DNA of 64,000 nucleotides, from assembly GCA_001662655.1 (NCBI GenBank), contig KV460220.1, one strand, 5' to 3'. The position numbers and the translations under genes are program-made. Origin of the DNA: Pseudogymnoascus verrucosus (lineage: Eukaryota). The notes under the pieces were generated by a model. That model was not told where the DNA came from, ran no database searches, and worked only from the letters and a program-made list of their open reading frames with translations. Shown in pieces: positions 58,819 through 64,000 of the stretch (position 1 is its first letter; each line of letters begins with the position of its first letter).

Positions 58819-60015
58819 GTCACCGTGGAGGCTTGACGGTAGTCTCTTAGATTCGAAAAAGGGCGAGTGGTGAGGAAAGAACAGATTTGGGGAAGGACAT
58901 CTTCCCTAATGTCATGGACAGAAATACTAGCCCGTAAAACCCCCTGTATCGCACCTGTATAGTGTAGAGGTGTCGGCATATCCGATCGATGGAAATGCTG
59001 ACGGTCCATCCTTACACGGTGGACTGCCTGGAGACTAGAAGCCATGTCCCGGCGCGTGAGACCCCCGCGTGAGACGGCTATAGTTGCCGTGGTCTAGATT
59101 CTGACGTGAGGCGCGGGGTGGCTCTAACATGAGCCAGGGAGTTAGTTTAATGTGAGGGGATGTTTTGTAGGATTCCGGCGGGCCGAAACGGAAAGCCGGA
59201 AGATACAGTGCAGCACCGTGGGGGCTAGTGCTCAAATCGTAGCAAATGAGATGTTGATTTACCAAAAGTCGTGTTCAGGCCCGTACGGAGATTTATGGCG
59301 TCGTACCCTGGATCTGCAAGGCGTTAGCGGGAAGGGCCGAGCAGGTGGGGGCGGTAAGTGGGATCTTACATGCATAAATGCTTGTATAGCGTTAGCGTCA
59401 AGGAAACCCAATCATCAGCGCCAAACCCGTTATCACCACCATACTAAGGCATATATCACTTTCAGACTTGATATCCCTGTACGGATTTAAGCCTGTTCTC
59501 GACGTAAGCCGTGAAGTATTATTGTAGACGCATCATAACATGGGATCCTAACATTTGTGCACAGCGATAAGAGTAGTTGTTGTATTAATATATGGATATT
59601 ATAACCCGGGATCCCACGGCTGTGATGAGTGTCATCTGGTGCCTATACATGTGGCTATAAAATTGGACTCAACCTATACTACTTTGAGGCTTTGCCTCCG
59701 TATCTGCATGCATGTGATAGTCAGCGTCGTATGTGCTGTGTAGTACAATACTCGACAGGGGGGCTTAACCAGCTGGACTTGTGAAAGCGTGTTTATCTTC
59801 AACCATCGGTGTCGGTGTTTCTACAACCTGATACTATACATGTACAATATGAGGCATTGGTATAGTTATAAGCCTACTTAATTCCATTGCTTTCCTCATC
59901 ACCAAGACACTTCACACTTCACTTCCAGTTCCAGTACCTCCGAAATCCCACCCATCCTCACCAGAAGACTTCAGCTTTCAACTCTCTCAAAGGCATCTCT
60001 AACATCCGTTTAAAG

Positions 60016-60567
60016 ATGTTCACCCAAAGCCTCCTTCATCTTGTCCCTTTGGCACTACTTGGCACCGTCATTGCTGCCCCGAGCTCCCGCACGTCCTCTC
60101 CCCGCGCGGCGCAGATCTGCTACGACAACGAGACAACTGACCTCCTCTGCTATACGGCGCCCGACAACACGCCGCAGGATGTCGCGGTTGCCGACGTAAC
60201 CTACATCGCGGCGTATCTTCGCGCGTACGGGGCCCAGACCAAGGCCGGGCGCCTTTTTACGATGGCTGCGGCCGATGCCCCTGACTGCGCCGAGTGGGTT
60301 ATCTATGCCCATGGCACTGCCCAGGCCATCGCCAAGCACATCGACAGCACTGTCGATTCGAGTGTGCTCTTTGCGGACATCGCTAACACCATCGACGGCG
60401 GATCCGGCACTAGCACCACAACCAATGCCCTTGTCACCTGCGGCACCGATGGAGGTTCGCTGGGCGTGGTATATAACGCGACCAACCCGGCTTACTCGGC
60501 GTCGACGTACCCCGTTGGGTACACCCCTGCAGGAATTCTTGTCAAGATCGTGGCGACGGGGGCTTAG
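60016..60567 (+). CDS. Small secreted protein, 183 aa, 4 Cys
   Basis: Signal peptide MFTQSLLHLVPLALLGTVIA, a short pro-region, strong coding codon bias; divergent from the GH55 gene. Confidence 0.85.
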   Translation: MFTQSLLHLVPLALLGTVIAAPSSRTSSPRAAQICYDNETTDLLCYTAPDNTPQDVAVADVTYIAAYLRAYGAQTKAGRLFTMAAADAPDCAEWVIYAHGTAQAIAKHIDSTVDSSVLFADIANTIDGGSGTSTTTNALVTCGTDGGSLGVVYNATNPAYSASTYPVGYTPAGILVKIVATGA

Positions 60568-62100
60568 GCAGGGACTCAGGACTAGGGCAAGAAGGACGAC
60601 AGTAGATCCTAGATGAGAACCCGTCTCTTCAATCATAGCTTGTATATACCTGGTCCTGGCCCATCCTGTAGGATTAGGCATGCATTAGTTAAATATACAC
60701 TTGAACCTGCTAGCCCAACAAACTATGCGCGTTACCAATAGTACAATATATTGTAATAGATAAGTTGCGGAAATGGGCGTATTGTAACAGTCCTTTCTTC
60801 TCAGCTTCATCACGGATGTTACTCTAACCTTGCCACTTTACATGGTTTATTCGGCCTAATTGTAAGACACATAAATCCTATCGTTCTTTATGTGATCACG
60901 GCTATGACGGCAGACCAAACTTCCATCGCTGACTGTGTCTCTATGCAGTGAAACGATAGTCGGAGGATGTTGCCAATGTAAGATGAATCCTATCTCGGCC
61001 AACAACAGCGGGATAGACTTCGTCAAATTTCAAGGGATGTTGCCGAAGTAAGACAAATTATCTCTCGGCCTTCAGTGGCCATGAGTGTATTGTATTGCAG
61101 CCTCCCAAAAGCATTGACACTAACTACCTTACCGGAGTTTCATACAAATCCAGTATGGTACCTCCAACCGTCGCCAATCGTTGCTAATTCGGAACCAATG
61201 TGTTAGCTTCTATACCGGATGTAAATAGCTATATTTTTAATAGCTAAATCTTAGAAAGTAACTATAATCCAGCGGAAGTCTCACCAACTGTGATATAAAT
61301 TAAACAACTCTACTATGCTATACATGCTAGCTACTCTAGGGTATTTACGACTGCTGCTGAGATATAACCGTTCGAGCCGCGTAACAATCACATAGTAGTG
61401 CCTGGAGTGGCGCACCCTTGAACAGCCACCCTTGCCGTCCCTAGCCACCTTCCCTTTTTCCATATTAATCGTCACAGTAAGCAGGGAAGGAAACCAATCA
61501 CCTTGTTGATGTAAAGTGATATATAACGACACCTTTATTTTCGCTGCCAAGTTTACTTACTATGACGATTATTATCTGACATCCTATGCCGAGGCCCTAC
61601 CTGGGCCCCGTTTAACCCCCGTTGCCGTCACATTTTATAATATCAGACAGTTATTGGTTATATCGAAAGGATCGGGAGAAGGTACAATGGCCTGCTCCTA
61701 ACCGAAGCTAATGGTTGATAATCTAATATTGACGGCTACCTTTATCGACAAGTGTGTCTCATGGAATAAACTGCCGACGCTGAGCTGAGCCTACATGGCC
61801 ACGGAGTGATCGTCGTTCTAATGTCATGTATGTCAGCAATCCCTAGCTGGCAAGGCCATTTTGCCTATCAGTAGATGGTTGCAAGGCCATGCTTGGTCTC
61901 TTAGATGAGAGAATGTCGTTATCATACATGATCAGGCGGCCGTAAGCAAGCAACCTGGTCGGCGCGTCCATCAGGACAACCCATATTCCCACTCCCTAAG
62001 AAATGCTGGATTACTTCATTGTCTTGGGTTGTTGCACATAGTATTGCCCTCACGTCCAGCGACTCTTTATCTTTGGTCCTTCCTGAGCTCGCGGCGAACA

Positions 62101-63389
62101 ATGGCGAGGCTGCTCTTTCCTCTGGGTCTGGTTACAGCACTCCTCATCTTCCTTTTCCGCACCGTCTCGGGCTTGTCCCTTAATGATTTGTTCATAGTCC
62201 AGAGCGGGAGCACCGACGGCGGCTGCGATACTCATTTCAACCAGGCGGCGGAAAGTGGCACACTGGATGACTGGCACACAGAAATCACCTTTGCCCTTGA
62301 CTTGGTCGTTAACCGACTTGATACATACGACCAAGATATCAAAGTTCGAAGGGCGCTTCAAATCTTCTTCGGCATCCGCAACAATGGAAAGGCTTCGGCG
62401 CCTGCGCGGGTTGAAATCGACGAAATCATCGGTACGTATTGACACCCAAGTCTCTTACAAGGCGTTTATTTTAGAAAATGTTAATCGATTATTCGATAAA
62501 ATGTTTATCCCGACCCAAAAACGTCGACCGGACTAACGAGGTGGCTAGGCCAATTCCAACGTGCTAAGGACTTCTTCGACTTTCGACAAATTGGTGGCGT
62601 ACCAATGTATCCTCTGAACGGGAACCGCTATTTGTTTTGTGACAGCAATTTTCTTATACACCAAGCGGAGGACACGCCGGCCCAGGACTGGAACGCCCAG
62701 GACATCATAGACGCCAATGGCAACATCGTCACCATAGGAGACGTGCCCGGGTACGCTGAAGCCCTCGCTGAGAATAAAACCAGTGAAGCCTGGTGGTCCG
62801 GCGACCTCACACCGGTGAACGGATACTACTTCTCGCCCACCGGCGGCGACTACTGTGACGGTGCCGGTCTTGGTCTCACCGCCGAGATTACAGAGTTGAA
62901 CCAGCCCACCCGACCCACCGGAATAGAGAGCATCATACTTTGCGGTAGCAGCTTCACGAACGGAAAACCAAATAATTACAGGGATGGGGATGCGCTCATC
63001 CAGGCGGGAACCAACCTTGCGGATGTGGTACCAAAGAGCGCAACCCTCCTCCACGAGGCCCTTCACGTCCTCAACGGAGCCGGCCCGACCGGATTTCTTC
63101 AGGGGGATGAGATCTGTAGGTTTCCCATACACAATACCCGTGTATTCTCAGAATTGTGTACTTTGATAATACTGACTCGTCATGGATAGATGATATCGCC
63201 GCGTGTATTAACGCTGCCAAAGCCACAAAAAAGCGAAATCCTGAGAACTACATCTTCTTAGTCACTCACTTGTACTACCTGTATGGAGAACCAGAAGACG
63301 GTAATCCAGGTACTTCTATAAACACGAACTGGGATTTTGCAGTGGTCGGGAATGGTGCAAATAGGATTCTTGGGGCGTTAACGCCGTAA
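62101..63389 (+). CDS. Secreted HEXXH zincin-like (M35-like) protein, 365 aa; exons 62101-62431, 62549-63115 and 63190-63389
   Basis: Signal peptide, TLLHEALHV motif and a downstream NPENY motif; two GT-AG introns keep frame. Confidence 0.8.
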
Positions 63390-63709
63390 AGGAAGCCGAA
63401 TGTCTATACTAATACTAAAGGAGATGCAGTACTGTTTCTCGTCAAGTTATGTAGATACTTCATAGGCCAGAAACTGTTAAAAACCCTTTATCCTATAATT
63501 CTAAGTTTATGTAAGATATTGGTGCCGGAGCTGCTGTTTTCGGCTGGCGTTGGTTGCTGCTTTACACAGCCTCCACCACACAGCTCGATCGGTCATCATT
63601 CGTAGGCTAATTAACAGACAACCAAGTATATTTAAACTATTTAAGCTATTTAGACCTATTGTAACTAATAGAGGGACGCAGGATCCCATTGTAACACGCT
63701 TATTTCACC

Positions 63710-64000
63710 TTAGTCGCAATAGGCACCGGTGCACTCGCTCCTCTCGGAATTTGGCACGCTACGGAACATCACGCGTGCTGGGTTGGCGCAAATGGTAGAT
63801 GGGACGGTGCAGATGCCTTGGCCGCAGCAACTCTTGACCCAGCAGACTCCACCTCCAGCACAATCGGAATCTGAGGTGCAGGCAGTATTAGAACACCACG
63901 CGTTCTCTACACAGACGGCGCTTCCATCAGCATCAAAAGCGCACATGCATTCTTGAAACTCGCCACACGAGGCATCTGCGACCAAGACAAAGGTGCCGCA
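63710..64000 (-). CDS. Cys-rich protein, 5' end outside the window
   Basis: Open frame to the window edge with about 15 Cys (C.SDSDC..G.VC....CC....C). Confidence 0.7.
   Translation of the reverse strand, partial: CGTFVLVADASCGEFQECMCAFDADGSAVCVENAWCSNTACTSDSDCAGGGVCWVKSCCGQGICTVPSTICANPARVMFRSVPNSERSECTGAYCD

Noticed and set aside
60965..61070. Imperfect 36-bp direct repeat, 70 bp apart
   Set aside because: Only two copies, with no associated element or ORF; likely a local duplication.

Overview
This is filamentous-ascomycete DNA: short GT-AG introns with CTRAC branch points and RIP-mutated repeats. A Leotiomycete such as Pseudogymnoascus is my guess, not something the sequence proves. The window has five parts. 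(1) 1-4.7 kb: housekeeping genes MRPL6, MET22 and an Rsm1-like C3HC zinc-finger gene, plus a 49-aa membrane microprotein ORF. (2) 5.2-31.5 kb: an AT-rich, RIP-inactivated island of nested Ty3/Gypsy chromovirus-type LTR retrotransposons from two families (A and B). Four insertions resolve by exact 5-bp TSDs, and both families carry an antisense accessory gene with a Zn2Cys6-like Cys pattern. (3) 31-39 kb: an accessory region with a palindromic repeat array, pseudogenes, an F-box gene, a heptad-repeat membrane protein, and a head-to-head pair of diverged orphan paralogs each followed by the same covarying 75-nt hairpin. That pair is the best candidate for an undescribed system. (4) 40-44 kb: FMN1 and acuK. 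(5) 48-64 kb: secreted-protein genes, namely an AA9 LPMO-CBM1 with an apparent U2-type AT-AC intron, an A1 aspartic protease, a 1514-aa GH55 with a long C-terminal extension, a small secreted protein, a HEXXH zincin and a Cys-rich protein. Gene models were built by eye and no database search was run.
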